In this document: piece by piece, positions 27,147 to 41,230 of the stretch
Layout: the number at the start of each line of letters is the position of its first letter
Numbering within the stretch: position 1 is the stretch's first letter
Source: Eledone cirrhosa
Taxonomy: Eukaryota
Direction: 5' to 3'
Length of the DNA: 64,000 nucleotides
NCBI GenBank assembly: GCA_964016885.1
Contig: OZ024745.1
Location: 105,276,001 to 105,340,000 of the forward strand
Notes under the pieces: generated by a model
Seen by the model: the letters and a program-made list of their open reading frames with translations, nothing else
The model's database searches: none
Told to the model about the DNA's origin: nothing
Translations under genes and position numbers: made by a program

Positions 27147-27333
27147 AATTGTTTCTACTTTAGGCACAAGGCCAGCAATTAACCAGTGCATTACTGGTAC
27201 TTTATTTTATCGACCCCGTAAGGATGAAAGGCAAAGTCAACCCCGGCGGGATTTGAACTCAGATTGTAAAGGGACGTAACTATGCGTCAAAGCATGGCGT
27301 CCGACCCTCCACCGATACTGCCAATCCACCGCC
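27147..27333 (-). mobile_element. tRNA-derived SINE
   Basis: Full consensus match. Confidence 0.85.
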
Positions 27334-27530
27334 CTTCTATATATAAACATAATACATGTGTGTATGCATGTATCCATGCATTAATACATGTACTAATGTC
27401 GCATTCATGCATGTATGCATACCTATACACACGCATACAAAATAGCTACCTACATACATGCATACATACAAACATACATACATACATACATACATACATA
27501 CATACATACATACATACATACATACATACA

Positions 27531-27920
27531 TGGTGGCTGCCAACTCATTTTCGAGTACAGCCACTATTTTATGTCCATGTAGGAGAACCCCTGCCGATGC
27601 GCTGAACGAGTGTGACTTTTTAGTCCAGCCAGCGATTTGAAAACTCTGGTACAAACACTACACTTGTGACAATTATTCACACATAGTGCTGGGCCCATGG
27701 TACCATGTGATGACAAATGCAGAGAGATCTCCAGATATAAAGCAATTCCTGTGCCGTGAAGCTTTTATAGTGAGCAAAGGCACTGCAAAAAGCCAGTCCC
27801 ACTCTCTTAACCAAAATGATATTCACCAAAAAGAAAAACAAGTCAATATCATTGGATACCATCAATGTTGCAGATGTTATATCAGAGTTTTCCTTCTCCT
27901 AGAATTCTAGGAGAAGGAAA
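27531..27920 (-). mobile_element. (ATGT)n-tailed retroposon, subfamily A
   Basis: Homologous to 3757-4086 and flanked by (CATA)n on both sides. Confidence 0.72.
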
Positions 27921-28217
27921 ACATACATACATACATACATACATACATACATACATACATACATACATACATACATACATACATACATACATACATACTC
28001 GTCGACTAATCCTTGTTATATTTATTCAGAATGTGATACTACTTGTATGTTTGCACGGCGTGCAGAGCATTTCCTGAGGCAATTTTGCCTCAACCATTGG
28101 TTCATGCATACACACAAGCGCAGACGCATGCAGGGAGAGAGAGAGTGAGAGAGAGAGAGAGAGGGAGACAGAGAGAGACAGAGAGAGACAGAGCGAGAGA
28201 GCGAGAGAGAGAGAAGG

Positions 28218-28259
<42 letters not shown>

Positions 28260-28283
28260 AGAGAGAGAGAGATAGAGATAGAG

Positions 28284-28379
<96 letters not shown>

Positions 28380-28535
28380 CTCACACACATTCGATCGATT
28401 GCGCACACCTAATTCTGATTCTGATTAATGATATTGTGAGTCATTAAGCGCCTGAACTGTCAAAATACCTACAAATATATACTCTACTTATTGTATTGAG
28501 TGCACATTTTGTTTCTACACACTAGACATACGCGC

Positions 28536-28604
<69 letters not shown>

Positions 28605-28854
28605 AGAAAACACAGGTAAGCATTAAGAAAAGGATTTTATCCAGGTATTTACGACCGTTTCATTGGTAAGTGAAACCTTACATTGCACACTGCAAATAGC
28701 AGCCACTCAACGATAATTGTTGTTCACGTCCAAATTTTCAAATAGTGAGTAAGTTACTCTTAAAAAAGTTCTTATATATAGAGAAAAACATTTTTTTTCT
28801 TTTTTATTTTTCACAATAAGCAATTTCCTGCTTCCCTAACTATATATATATATA

Positions 28855-29490
28855 TATGTGTGTGGGCATGGCCGAGGGCCGATTCAAGGAACATTTCCTG
28901 AACCTCCAGTCTACCTTCAGGTACCCGGACAGACGTTCATCCACGAAACTCGCGAGCCACGTATGGTCCCCCAAGGACTCAAGTATAGCTACTCCATTCA
29001 ATGGAAAGCCATCACTAAGTCCAAGCCATACGCAAGGGGAAATCCGACGTGTCGCTTATGTATTGACGAACGGATAACTATTCTAAAGAGATTACGCAAT
29101 AGTGATTGCCTAAACGCGAGGAGTGAATTTTTCACACGTTGTCCACACATCGCCAAACATCTATTGCATAACTACAAGGCTCCGGACTGATTCTTTGTAA
29201 TTTTATTTTCAACCTAAAAACTTTTCGGACTTTCGCAGTTATCTCCCTTACACCTCTCGCACGCAGTCTAGTATTGCCTGTGTGAAGTGACCGGGTTTCT
29301 GCGCATGCGCGTTCGTACGGTTGTCCTTCCTGTTCCTATAACCATGCCCATTCCGAGCTGAAGATCCGCTAAGGTGAAACAATTGTTCTCGGTATGGTGA
29401 ACTAACTGTTGTGTAACCACTTCTACCTAACTCGTCCCTTGGACTGAGTGCTCTACCACTACGGATATTACCTTCCAGTGTTCCACCACT
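28855..29490 (+). mobile_element. PLE 3' fragment with GIY-YIG C-terminus (frameshifted)
   Basis: VGMAEGRFKEHFLNLQSTFR..STKLASHVW, then YSIQWKAI..PY..CRLCIDERITI..LNARSEFFTRCPH. Flanked by (TA)n. Confidence 0.8.
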
Positions 29491-31324
29491 ATATATATAT
29501 ATATACATTAAAGTGTGTAATAGATCTAACCTAGTATAGTTAACTATGGTAGCAAATCGTGTGGGCTTGGCGCCGCTGAATCGACCTAGCCCCAGGGGGA
29601 AGGGGAGGTTGATCGCCGAGTGCTTCGAATCAAACAAAAGACTCGCCCCTAGCATCCCGTTGGATATCTAATGAATCCGCCCTTTATGACGCGAATTGCC
29701 TCCCATACCTTTCATACGTACACTACGATTTCCTGTGTTTATATTCAGACTACCGTTGTGTGTTACTAGCGAGAGACTAATCTTTGAAAGTTGGAGTTAG
29801 TTGAATATGAATTGTGATCCAGCTTTGATGAATTATAGAACCACACTCAAGGCAGAGTGCAGCACTGGATATTGAACTCCCGCCGACCTAAGAGGGGTCA
29901 CACCCGACTGTGAATGGATTGCAACCTCCGGAGTCAATAATCTAAACGAAAACCACGTGGCGGAAATATAAATAACATAGCTGTCATTGACAGATTTGGT
30001 TGTGAGTTCTCTCTTCTATATATATCTAGATATTCTACAGAAATTTGCACTCACTATAATAAACCCGCCTATTATTATAACAATATATGCTCACTCTGCC
30101 ATATGTGAATCTGGAAGCGGAGTTTCCTATATACACCTTTTCTATATATGTAACGGGATAGCCATCACGATTTGTATTTACTGTGGTACAGTTGTATGCG
30201 GTGCGGTACACTGGTTGAACACCAACTTGGACATACAGTGAATTTCACCTGGCACGTTGGATTGAGCGACCGAACGTGAGGATTTTGGGGAATGCCAGTT
30301 TCTGCGGGCCTGGCGTGTTTTCAATTTCCTCACATCTGTGCCGGCTGTATATGTACCATACATTTCTTTAACTCGTCGTACTTTCTTTTATTTTTTATTT
30401 TAGATTTTAGGTGTTTATCCCAGACCGCCTATGGTGATAATCCCCTGGGTATAGGTTTTGGAAAAATAGTGTTATCTCTCGTAACGTTCGGAACTGGACC
30501 ATATCGATGTGGTTCGTAGGGTGCGGATATGATAAGGAGAATCGACCAGTTACAAGGCGATATAATTGGAGTACACCATCCCTCATATGGACTATCATAC
30601 ATGTAAGGTTGCACCACTGCCAACCAACTATTCTTTTCACAGACTCATGTGTGCAAACTCTCTTGATCTGCCTGTACACCCTCTTTTTGCACTGCTTGTG
30701 CTTTGATGCATCTATGCTTTGCTTTGTCTTATATTTCTTTGGGGTTTCCGGGCTTTTTGTTCCTTTATTGTTTTGCATTTTTATATTTATCTCTTTTAAT
30801 TATTTTCTTATTGTTTCTGATCATGCTGAGTAATAACCTCACTCATCCCTTGCTACCCTCTCCCAACCTCTTTATCACCTATTGCACCATTTAAGTGATC
30901 AATTTTTGGTGTAATTTTTAATTTTTAAATTTTTAAGACATTTTATGACATTATGTGCATCATGTATTCTGCCGTTTTCCATATAGAACAAGGTTAAAGG
31001 ACCAACAGGGTCCTTTAACCTTGTTCTGGTGACGCAGCTCGATGGAGCATGCAACTACTGATATACTCATGTTTATAGGCTGTGATGATTCCTGCCATGG
31101 TGTATGGATGAAACACTGTTAGCTAATAAAACAATGTATTTCTAAGCACTCTTTGGTTATTCCTATAACTATATATATAAACAAGAAGTGTAAGTCAACA
31201 GGTTAAAATTAACTTCGTTTATTTATATTCGCTGTTATATATATTTCGGTGATAGCCATTATGCAACAGCTATGATATGATCAGACAGCTAGAAGTTGAA
31301 CAGAAAAAAACCCCAGAAAAACAT

Positions 31325-31508
31325 AATTGTTTCTACTTTTGGCACAAGGCCAGCAATTACCCAGTACATTACTGGTACTTTATTTTATCGAGCCCGTAAG
31401 GATGAAAAGCAAAGTTAACCCCGGCGGGATTTGAACTCAGAATGGCAAGGGCCGTAACTCTAAGCGTCAAAGCATGGCGTTCGACCCTCTACCGATACTG
31501 CCAATCCA
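31325..31508 (-). mobile_element. tRNA SINE with 14-bp target-site duplication
   Basis: CAGAAAAACATAAT at 31314-31327 and 31509-31522. Confidence 0.88.
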
Positions 31509-31601
31509 CAGAAAAACATAATGATGGAATAAAGCTTACTTCTGATATGTGACCGGTGCTTTGAGAAAACAACGCCAAACTTCAGAAGTAAGCTTTATTC
31601 C

Positions 31602-31645
<44 letters not shown>

Positions 31646-31646
31646 C

Positions 31647-31690
<44 letters not shown>

Positions 31691-31885
31691 TAATAAAAAT
31701 AATGAATAAAAACAAAGAACAAGTTCCTTATATTAAAAAATTCATCATTTTACGATCGTTTCTAGGATATATATGTGTGTTGGTATGTATATCATATAGA
31801 TCTATGTAAAAATATTACAAACTATCAGAGAAAATATACATACCTTCACATATATATATGCTGTCTTCATATATATATATATATA

Positions 31886-32115
31886 TAATGTATAATAAAC
31901 AATACAATATAATTACCTCATTACCAGAGGTTTCCCGAATAAGACGAATACGAAAAACGTCCTCATTCGTTCATCGGACAAGGCAATTTAAAAAAATTAA
32001 AAAAAATTTTTTAATTGCCTTGTCCGATGAACGAATGAGGATGTTTTTCGTATTCGTCTTATTCGGGAAACCTCTGGTAATGAGGTAATTATATTGTATT
32101 GTTTATTATACATTA
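31886..32115. repeat. ~105-bp-arm inverted repeat with HHR-like motif on both strands
   Basis: Plus copy 32018-32085: CCTTGT-CCGATGA-stem II-GAAA-C CTCTG GTA-ATGAGG (U4C variant). Mirror copy in the left arm. Confidence 0.8.
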
Positions 32116-32189
32116 AATTTAGCTCTGGTACTTACATAGAGCACTCTTCACTCCTATGACTTTTTCAATTTTCAACGGAATCTTCAATA

Positions 32190-32273
<84 letters not shown>

Positions 32274-33053
32274 GGATAGTCGTAGATGAAAGATCAAGGA
32301 AAACAATGCTAAATCTGTTGCAAGAGAGCTTATTTAGTATAAAACATGTTTTATACACTCAACATATATGTGCGACCATTGGCTTTGGAGTCCAGTTATG
32401 GCCACCACTGCATATTAGAGGGGGCACTTCCAAACTAACCCTTCATCGGGCACGTGGGTAAATATGGGAAAAGGAAGTTGTTTCCATCGACAATAATTTA
32501 CAATGTAAATGTAAACGTAAATGATTGCAACGAAATGAAACGTATTTACCGATAGCGATTTGAACCGATTGTGACAAAAGTAATGATATTTTGCATTAGG
32601 AGACATATACTGGACTCATACTCGCGCTGACACGTACACAAATGCACACAAACACACAGACAAACATATACACACATAGAAATACATGTGTTTTAATACA
32701 AACGTCTTTGGGATATCCTTTAAGCAGTAACAAACAAACATAAGTGAAAAATATAAAGGATTTACTAATAAATACACAAAAATATAATAATTAATCACAC
32801 ATCCATGTAATGTGACGTGACATAATCTCCGACTGTTTTCTGTTAAATTTGATTTATGCGAATTTATGCTTAACCATAAGTGTTTATGTACCTATAAATG
32901 TGTGTAAGACTACATGCACACTTATGTATATTAAATATACGCATATGTATATATATATATATATAATGTAGGAGGTGAGTTTTATTGTAGTACAATAAAG
33001 CAATGCAGATATCGGATAAGAAGCACTCTACAGTTTGTAGGACTGTAGTATAC

Positions 33054-33384
33054 ATAATATAAGATCAAAAGATGGTTAAAGGAGTTCCATGTATTTTATT
33101 ATGCGCATTTCAAAAACAAACATCATCATGCAATAATATTTGTGTTTTCATCAGATAAAACAGGAGAACATGATATGAAGGCTAAAAAACACTTGTGGAT
33201 AGTGCAGTTTTAAATCAACATATCATAAAAATGTATATGTTGATTTAAAACTGCACTATCCACAAGTGTTTTTTAGCCTTCATATCATGTTCTGATGAAA
33301 ACACAAATATTATTGCATGATGATGTTTGTTTTTGAAATGCGCATAATAAAATACATGGAACTCCTTTAACCATCTTTTGATCT

Positions 33385-33392
<8 letters not shown>
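33054..33392. repeat. ~165-bp-arm inverted repeat with HHRs
   Basis: The arms are near-perfect except for a 12-nt indel, and the right end runs into (TA)n. Confidence 0.9.
33092..33162 (-). ncRNA. Hammerhead ribozyme (canonical core)
   Basis: Reverse complement TGTTTTAT-CTGATGA-stem II-GAAA-T GCGC ATA-ATAAAATA, with palindromic stem III ATGCGCAT. Confidence 0.78.
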
Positions 33393-33438
<46 letters not shown>

Positions 33439-33462
33439 GTATATATATAGCTTTATATATAC

Positions 33463-33722
<260 letters not shown>

Positions 33723-34188
33723 ATATATGCGAATATAAAGATATATATACCTTTATATATACGTATATATATATATATATTTATTTATATGATATATATA
33801 TATATATGTGTGTGTGTATGTAGATATATATTTGTATATATATATATACATATGTATGTGTGGGTGTGTGTGTGTGAGAGAGAGTATGTGTGTGTACGTA
33901 TACGTACAGATCTACGTACTGACTGACCTATTTAGTCACATTCTTACACTATGCCAATTTTTAAGACAAAGATAAAAATTTCTACATGTGAGTTAAGGGA
34001 TTATTATTGAACTTCCATGCTTTACGTTGAATTGTAAGTAAACCCTACCTACATCAGCCCAAATGTAATCTTATGATTCTCACTACACACATATGTACAT
34101 GCATGCATATATCCATACATGTATGTATGTATGGATGTATGTATGTATGTATGTATCTTTTTTTAAATTTTATTTTATTTTTTTTTAA

Positions 34189-34231
<43 letters not shown>

Positions 34232-34351
34232 TTATTTTATTTTATTTTTTTATTTATATATTTATTATTTTTTTTTTCTCGTGCAATGGCCATACTCGAT
34301 AACGAGGGGGCAGTCATCATCATGTATGTATGTATGTATGTATGTATGTAT

Positions 34352-34956
34352 GTCAGGTCACCAGTTGGTGCTACTGGTAACATGTATCCCAGTACAACCT
34401 GTCTCATGGTCGGGTCGTTGGCGACTAAACTGGCAACCCCACCAAGGTTTCTTGGTGAGGAGGGTGACTTTGGACATCCTGCAGGACTAAAAACAAAACC
34501 TGTCAAAGGGCAAAAGAGCTCTTAAGAGTCAATGGCCATCCAAAATCACCGGGAGAGATGACCCCTTAGCCTTTGTCAAGGCAGAATTCTAGGAGAAGGA
34601 AAACTCTGATATAACACCTGCAACCCTGATGGTATCCAATGATGTTGACTTGTTCTTCTTTTTGGTAAATATCATCTTGGTTAACAGAGTGGGACTGGCT
34701 TTGTGCAGTGCCTTTGCTCACTATAAAAGCTTCACGGCACAGGCATTGCTTTATATCTGGAGATCTCTCTGCACTTGTCGTCACATGGTACCATGGGCCC
34801 AGCACTATGTGTCAATAATTGTCACAAGTGTAGTGTTTGTACCAGAGTTTTCAAGTCGGTGGACTAAAAAGTCACACTCGTTCAGCGCATCGGTAAGGGT
34901 TCTGCTACATGGATATAAAGTAGTGGCCGTACTCGAAAACGAGTTGGCAGCCACCA
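34352..34956 (+). mobile_element. (ATGT)n-tailed retroposon, subfamily A, longest copy
   Basis: Flanked by (ATGT)n on both sides. No intact ORF. Confidence 0.72.
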
Positions 34957-35094
34957 TGTATGTATGTATGTATGTATGTATGTATGTATGTATGTATGTA
35001 TGAATATGTGTATGTGTGTGTGTGTATATTTGTATTTACGTACGTTCGTATGTATGTTTGTATGTTTGTATGTATGTAAAAGTATGTAAAAGTT

Positions 35095-35415
35095 GGACTG
35101 GGCGCCCGATCGCGCGGTTAAACCACTGGGAGTGAAGGACCTCTAGCCTTTGTCAAGGCATTCTTCTAGGAGAAGGCAACTCAGGAAACTGGGATAACTC
35201 CGATATAAAACCTGCGGCTCAGTTACCGATGATGTTGATCTTTTCTTCTTTTCGGGTTATAGCTACTGTCGCTCAGAGAGTGGGATTGGCTCAGTGCACA
35301 GTCTTTCCTCACTTTAAAAAATATCTTCACGCACAGTCATTGCACGATAGAATTAATTAATAATTATTAACAATGGAATACCGTGCAATGGTCATACTCG
35401 ATAACGAGGGGGCAA
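35095..35415 (+). mobile_element. Retroposon subfamily B
   Basis: Homologous to 4155-4402 (inverted). Confidence 0.6.
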
Positions 35416-35791
35416 ACATGAATGAATATGTATGAATATGTGTATGTGTGTGTGTATATTTGTATGTATGTACGTTCGTATGTATGTTTGTATGTACGTA
35501 CGTATGTATGTATATATATGTATGTTTGTATGTATGTACGTACGTATGTATGCATGTATGTGTGTATGTGTTTGTATGTTTGTATGTATGTAAGTGTGCG
35601 TATATGTATATATATATATATGTACGTGTGCTTGTATGTATATATGTATGTTTGAATATATGTATGCTTGTGTATGTATTATTAAATACAAATAAATGTA
35701 TATATATGTATAGATATTTATCTATGCACACACACAAAGACGCACACACGAACACACACACACACGCACACACACACGCACACACACGTGT

Positions 35792-35824
<33 letters not shown>

Positions 35825-36059
35825 GATTTAAATGTGTGTGTGTGCCTAAAAATCGTATAATCATATAAAGACACGTATAAGAACAACCGTGTATATTTAG
35901 ATAACTTGTGAGGAAGATAGATAAAGTGAGAGAGAAAGAAGGAGAAAGAGAGAGCAGGGTTGAAGAAGACAAAACAGACAAATACAGAGAAATAAAGAGA
36001 TGGAAAGAAATTTGAAGAGGGTGATGCTGTCAGAAATTGTGTTAGAACCACCGTCACGG

Positions 36060-36111
<52 letters not shown>

Positions 36112-36339
36112 TCGGTTAGCTTTCCCCTGTGTTCTTTACTTGTCTCACTCGCTTTACGCGTTTTAATTGTCCTAATAACTTATTTTAGTTATTATTGCAC
36201 CAACGTGAGGTATATGATTTTTAATGCAATGAAATACCAATGACCGTTGGCAAATCACTGATGAGGGACTCATTTTATAACATGTTATCCATGTGCAACC
36301 ATGCAGTATTCTTCTCCCCATATTTTTCATATATATATA

Positions 36340-36935
36340 TAATGGAAAATTTGAACAGGAACAAAACAGAGAGGCAGTACAACGAATGTTTATTAATTTC
36401 ACGCTCTTGAGAGTGGGGTGGTGGTGGGGAACGACGTTTCGGGCATAAGCCCTTCTTCAGGTGAAAAGTGTGTGGGAAGAGAGTTCAAAGGGTGTGTAGG
36501 GGAGTGGTGGAGAGACATATAGCGAAAAGGGGGTGGGAGGAAACGGTGCGAATGAAATTAAAAATAAAAGCATGATCAAAATAAAATTAAAATGGGGTAA
36601 AACAGGTGGTGGAAGGGTGTGGGGCGTGTAGGGGAGGTGGCGGGTGGAGTGGGGAGAGGGAGACGGGGTGTCCGAGCGGGGAGGGCTGAAGGTGGTGTGT
36701 GTGTGTAGGTGTACGTGTGTGTGTGTGTGTGTGTATGTGAAAGCAAGGGTTGGGGGAAGAACGGGGTTGCATGTTCAGGAAGAGGTGTGTGTGGGCGGGG
36801 TATAGGTCGGAGTGTGCGTGCGTGTGTGGATAGAGGGGTGGGGGGAGAGGAATCCGAAGGCTGTATGTGTAAATATGTGGTGGAACGCACGTGTGTGTGG
36901 GGTTTAAGCGTGTTGTGGGTGTAGGTGGCGTGTGG
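36340..36935 (-). mobile_element. PLE 3' UTR/terminus with HHR-like motif (36429-36466)
   Basis: Reverse complement CCTGAAGAAGGGCTTATGCCCGAAACGTCG, a typical PLE hammerhead signature with poor stem I. AATAAA lies downstream and (TA)n flanks both ends. Confidence 0.6.
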
Positions 36936-36954
36936 GATATATATATATATATAT

Positions 36955-37265
36955 AGAACAATAATAAATTTGAAGACTAAAATCCAAAGAGGGTTCGATA
37001 AGGATAAATATATATCAAATATATAAGAACCGTAGAGCAAATATTTATTAAAATAACAGATTAAAGTTTAAGCAAATAATCGCTGCTTTCACTCTTAACG
37101 AGATCTTCTGAAACTAAAAAAAACAATCTGTGAACGCAGAAGCAAATTTTTCGAAATATTTACTTCTGCGTTCACAGATTGTTTTTTTTTAATTTCAGAA
37201 AATCCCGTTAAGGGTGAAAGCAGCGATTATTTGCTTAAACTTTAATCTGTTATTTTAATTAATAT
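36955..37265. repeat. PLE-terminus-like cassette with ~100-bp-arm inverted repeat (37047-37259)
   Basis: Homologous pieces at 10993-11080, 13005-13083 (inverted) and 63890-64000. Confidence 0.75.
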
Positions 37266-37329
37266 ATATATATATTCTTATATTCCTGTGTGAATTTGTC
37301 TAAGCGACATTATATATAGTATGTGGATT

Positions 37330-37690
37330 GGCGGTGGAATGGCAGTATCGGTAGAGAGTCAGACGCCATACTTTGCTGCATTAAGTTACGTCCCTTTACG
37401 GTCTGAGTTCAAATTTCTTCCGAGGTTAACTTTGCCTTTCATCCTTACGGGATCGATAAAATAAAGCACCAGTAATGCACTGGGATAATTGCTGGCCTTG
37501 TGCCAAAAGTACAAACAATTATATATAGTATGTAGGTAGGGGGGGGGGGGGGGCGTGACAGTGCCGGAGGAGGATCAGACACCATGCTTAGCAACATAGA
37601 GTTACGGGCCTTTGCGTCGTGAGTTCAAATAAAGCACCAATAATACACTGGGATAATTGCTGGCTTTGTGCCAAAAGTAGAAACAATTAT
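37330..37690 (+). mobile_element. Two tRNA-SINE copies (second internally deleted)
   Basis: Consensus match. Confidence 0.78.
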
Positions 37691-37889
37691 ATAGAGTATC
37701 TGTTTATACGTTTGTACGTCTGTTCTTGTTGATATAATATAATGCATGAGCCGACACATACTGTTCGCCACATGTGTCATTAATCAGTTTGTAGTGTTGC
37801 TACTTTAAGGCCTTAGGTTTGCACTTTCAGTTGATGCACGAAAGATGTATGTATGTATGTTCTTCTGGTTGTATTAATTTATAAATTTT

Positions 37890-37924
<35 letters not shown>

Positions 37925-38489
37925 GGTTTCTAGCATCGAAAACAAATTATTTTATTTGAATTTAGACACCATCAACTAGGTAAATACGTATGTATGCCTG
38001 TGTGCGTTTTTGTATATGTGCGCGTAATGGTGTTATTGTAATGTGTGGATCTGTATATTTTGAGTTATATGTCTACACGTGCATATGTTTCAGTATTTAT
38101 ATATACAGCACCCTACTGGTGGTTTTCTGCTAGCATGTGTAGTGTGTATATTAATATTATTCGCAAGTATATATGCATGTAGATATGATACATCAAATAA
38201 AATCGTAATTGACAATATACACAGAAATTGAACGAAGACTGCGTTACACTCTCTTATGTAATCAGTAACGTAATCCATGATACATTTATAAAAAGACGAT
38301 ATTATATATAAACTGCATTAGGAGAAAATTAGTGACAGAAAATTAATATGTTTATTTAAGCGATCGCCACCGGAAGTGTTGACATTTGAAAATTTTAAAG
38401 AAGTGAATCTTTAAATAAATAATAAAATATATTTAATGAACAGCCACGAAATTTAGTAGATAAATTATGTTATATTCATTCATTATTTA

Positions 38490-38802
38490 TTCAAATCCCG
38501 CCGAGGTTGACTTTGCCTTTCATCCTTACGGGGTCGATAAAATAAAGTACCAGTAATGCACTGGGTAATTGCTGGCCTTGTGCCTAAAGTAGAAACAATT
38601 ATTTATTCAAAGGGTGGTGAATTGGCAGTATCGGTAAAGGGTCGGACGCCTTGCTTTGACGCATAGAGTTACGGCCCTTGCCGTTCTGAGTTCAAATCCC
38701 GCCGAGGTTAACTTTGCCTCTCATCCTTACGGGGTCGATAAAATAGAGTACCAGTAATGTACTGAGTAATTGCTGGCCTTGTGCCAATAGTAGAAACAAT
38801 TA
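38490..38802 (+). mobile_element. Tandem tRNA-SINE copies (partial + full)
   Basis: Consensus match. TTATTTATTCAAA is repeated at the junctions. Confidence 0.82.
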
Positions 38803-38819
38803 TTTATTCAAAGTAATCC

Positions 38820-39960
38820 AACTTATTTTACTAATGGGATAAAAAATTATAAACCGAACACAGTCCCGCGCTTCTTACTTTATTATAGTTTAGATGTATA
38901 CGCAGTTATTACATGCCGAGTTTACTTGTAACTTCCCAACTAGCCGTACCCAGTCTGGTTCTGTAGAGCCCAGCTTCGTAAGATTTGTACTGAGGTAGCT
39001 AGTAAGATATCCCATAACGCCAATTATTGCAAGTACAAATCTAAAAGTATAATCAGTGTGAAGCATCAGCAGATTCCTCATTAGTTCAGCATAAATCTCC
39101 TGTTTGCTAATTTAAGCATTATATTGACATCTGCTGGGCAGCTGATTTTCGCTACTGTACATGCCTTATTTTCTCTGTCTCATATAACCATGTCTGCTCT
39201 GTTATGTTTGCATTCTATTGGGGTTTTGACAAGAACATTCCCACCAATACTGTTTCATATGCATACATATGTCCTCAACATCACTGTAACATTTTATACG
39301 TTTATTTTCCGAACTATCCTTTCTACGGATTGCATTGTATAGTGTTTTGGCCACTAGATCATGTCTCCAAAGTAGATAGTACCGTGATGACATCTTTGGA
39401 CAGTTGCTTATGATGTAAGTTAGGCGTGTCTAACTGAGGGTACCCCGAGGGCCAGATGGGTCACATATGTGTTGTCTGAGGGCCACACACTACAACTAAT
39501 TGCGCACATTACGGCTAATTTTCTTTATTTTATATTGCGAAGATAAAACATGCTCGCGCTGTAAAAACCTTTGTATGGGCCGCAGGTGTGTTTGTAAAAG
39601 ATCGCATGCGGCCCGCGGGCCACATGTATGACACGCCTGATGTAAGTGATATCTTCGATGTTTATTCTGCAGAGTCTGCTTCTGTTGTCACATCTAGGTG
39701 CTTTGCCTGCATTGCTTTCTTTTTTATGCGTTAGGTATTTTGTGGTTATTTCCTGTTTTCTTGGATTGCAAATGCATATCCTTCAAAGTGAGAGTCAATA
39801 TAGCAGTTGTTGCTCCAATATAGACTGCTGTGCTTGTCTATATTACTCTCACTTGAAAGCTTTATGGCTACATGGCCAGGCATGTTTTTTTTACTGATAA
39901 GCATGCAGCTTTTCATCCACATGGTGAAATACGTATACATAGAGGGAATTGTAAGAATTT
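38820..39960 (-). pseudogene. Decayed RLE-type LINE 3' region (family 2, related to 60507-60985), interrupted by a hAT MITE
   Basis: YAFAIQE.., YYLLWRHDLVAKTLYNAIRRK..YWW.., KISCPADVN, YTFRFVLAIIGVMGYL..LTKLG. Confidence 0.72.
39421..39639. mobile_element. hAT-type MITE (219 bp) with 8-bp TSD
   Basis: TIRs TAGGCGTGTC and GACACGCCTG, TSD ATGTAAGT at 39413-39420 and 39640-39647, GGGCC subterminal repeats. Confidence 0.85.
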
Positions 39961-41035
39961 TATGATTCTTATTATAACGATTACTACAAAATAAATAGGT
40001 TAAATACTACTTTGTAGTTAAACTTATTAACTCGGAAATAACTAAATATGAAACATGTTGTCCCTCCCACAAACGTAAATTGCATGAACCAATGTTTCTG
40101 ATGCTTGTACGAAACACCCTCAAGAAAATATATACTCTATCTTGGATGTTTCAATTATATTTCATCAATTTGTTTTCTTTCTTGTATTTGTAATTAAAAT
40201 AGCCGTCAGCATTCGTTATGTGTTATCTATTACAAAACGTAGACAACCAGATAATATATATACCATGGTTTTATTTGGCTTCATTATAGAGATTGACCTG
40301 CAGTAAAAGGTTAAAAAATCACCAGTGTGTTGAAAATTCATCTCAAACAAAAAGGTAAACAATAGGTATATTCTGAAGGGCACTACGAAAGAAATTCAAC
40401 GAGTAATTATTAGGATGATTTATAAAAACAAATACCAAAACAATATGAATGCTAAACAAGTTAGTGTAAAGAATGATTCAAATATTTGCTTTAATGATTA
40501 CTGGAACACATTAAAACATCAATGCGTCTTAAAAAGTAACAAACAAACTACCTACAACATGATCAGGTAAGTTGTAAAATTTGACATAAATATAACTTTA
40601 CAGTATGGTAAACTAACGAGGCAATGTCTATACAGGCGCTAGTCTTGTTAGAAACAGAAGCCCAATCTGCCAAAATGAATTTAATATAGTATATTGGAGA
40701 TTGTAGTACATGACACAAAAAATGACACGATGCTCATGGTGGCGAATTGAGAGAGTCATTAGACTGGGGTTAAAATACTTCGTGACCTTTGATCCAGCCC
40801 TCTGCGTGTTTAAATTGTGCCGATGTTAACTTTTAACCTTTAGAGGTCAATAAATAGAGTATTTACACAAGCCAGTAAATTAGCCGAAATGTTAGAGCGT
40901 CGGAATAATAAAAAGTGGACCATGTCCTTGACATCCCAAGGATATGAATTCACATAATCGGATTTAATCGAAGTTGAATTAATTTAATAGGATTTTCACC
41001 CAGTCAACAATTAAAGTGCTGGTATATAACAATCA

Positions 41036-41230
41036 CAGACCTGTCAACACTCCCTGTCCGACGGGGAGATCCCCCACCATTTTTGGGGTGGGTGAGAGAT
41101 GTTTTCTCTTGTGAAAATGGATATAGCTTTCATTATGTAGAATCTCCTCATTTTGCCTCATTTCTACCCGTTTTGGGGCACTTTTTTTCATGGTACTCCC
41201 CATTTGAGTTTTTAGAGGTTGGTAGGTCTG
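41036..41230. mobile_element. MITE with CAGACCTG.CAAC-type TIRs
   Basis: Ends CAGACCTGTCAAC and GTTGGTAGGTCTG, with CAATCA on both flanks. Other copies at 46490-46833 and 59660-59856. Confidence 0.75.

Noticed and set aside
32420-32455. Hammerhead on the minus strand (CCGATGA AGGG..CCCT)
   Set aside because: No GAAA after stem II and no stem I closure.
34352-34442. Complete HDV-like ribozyme
   Set aside because: P1, P2 and P3 could not all be assigned consistently, so it is kept only as a remark.
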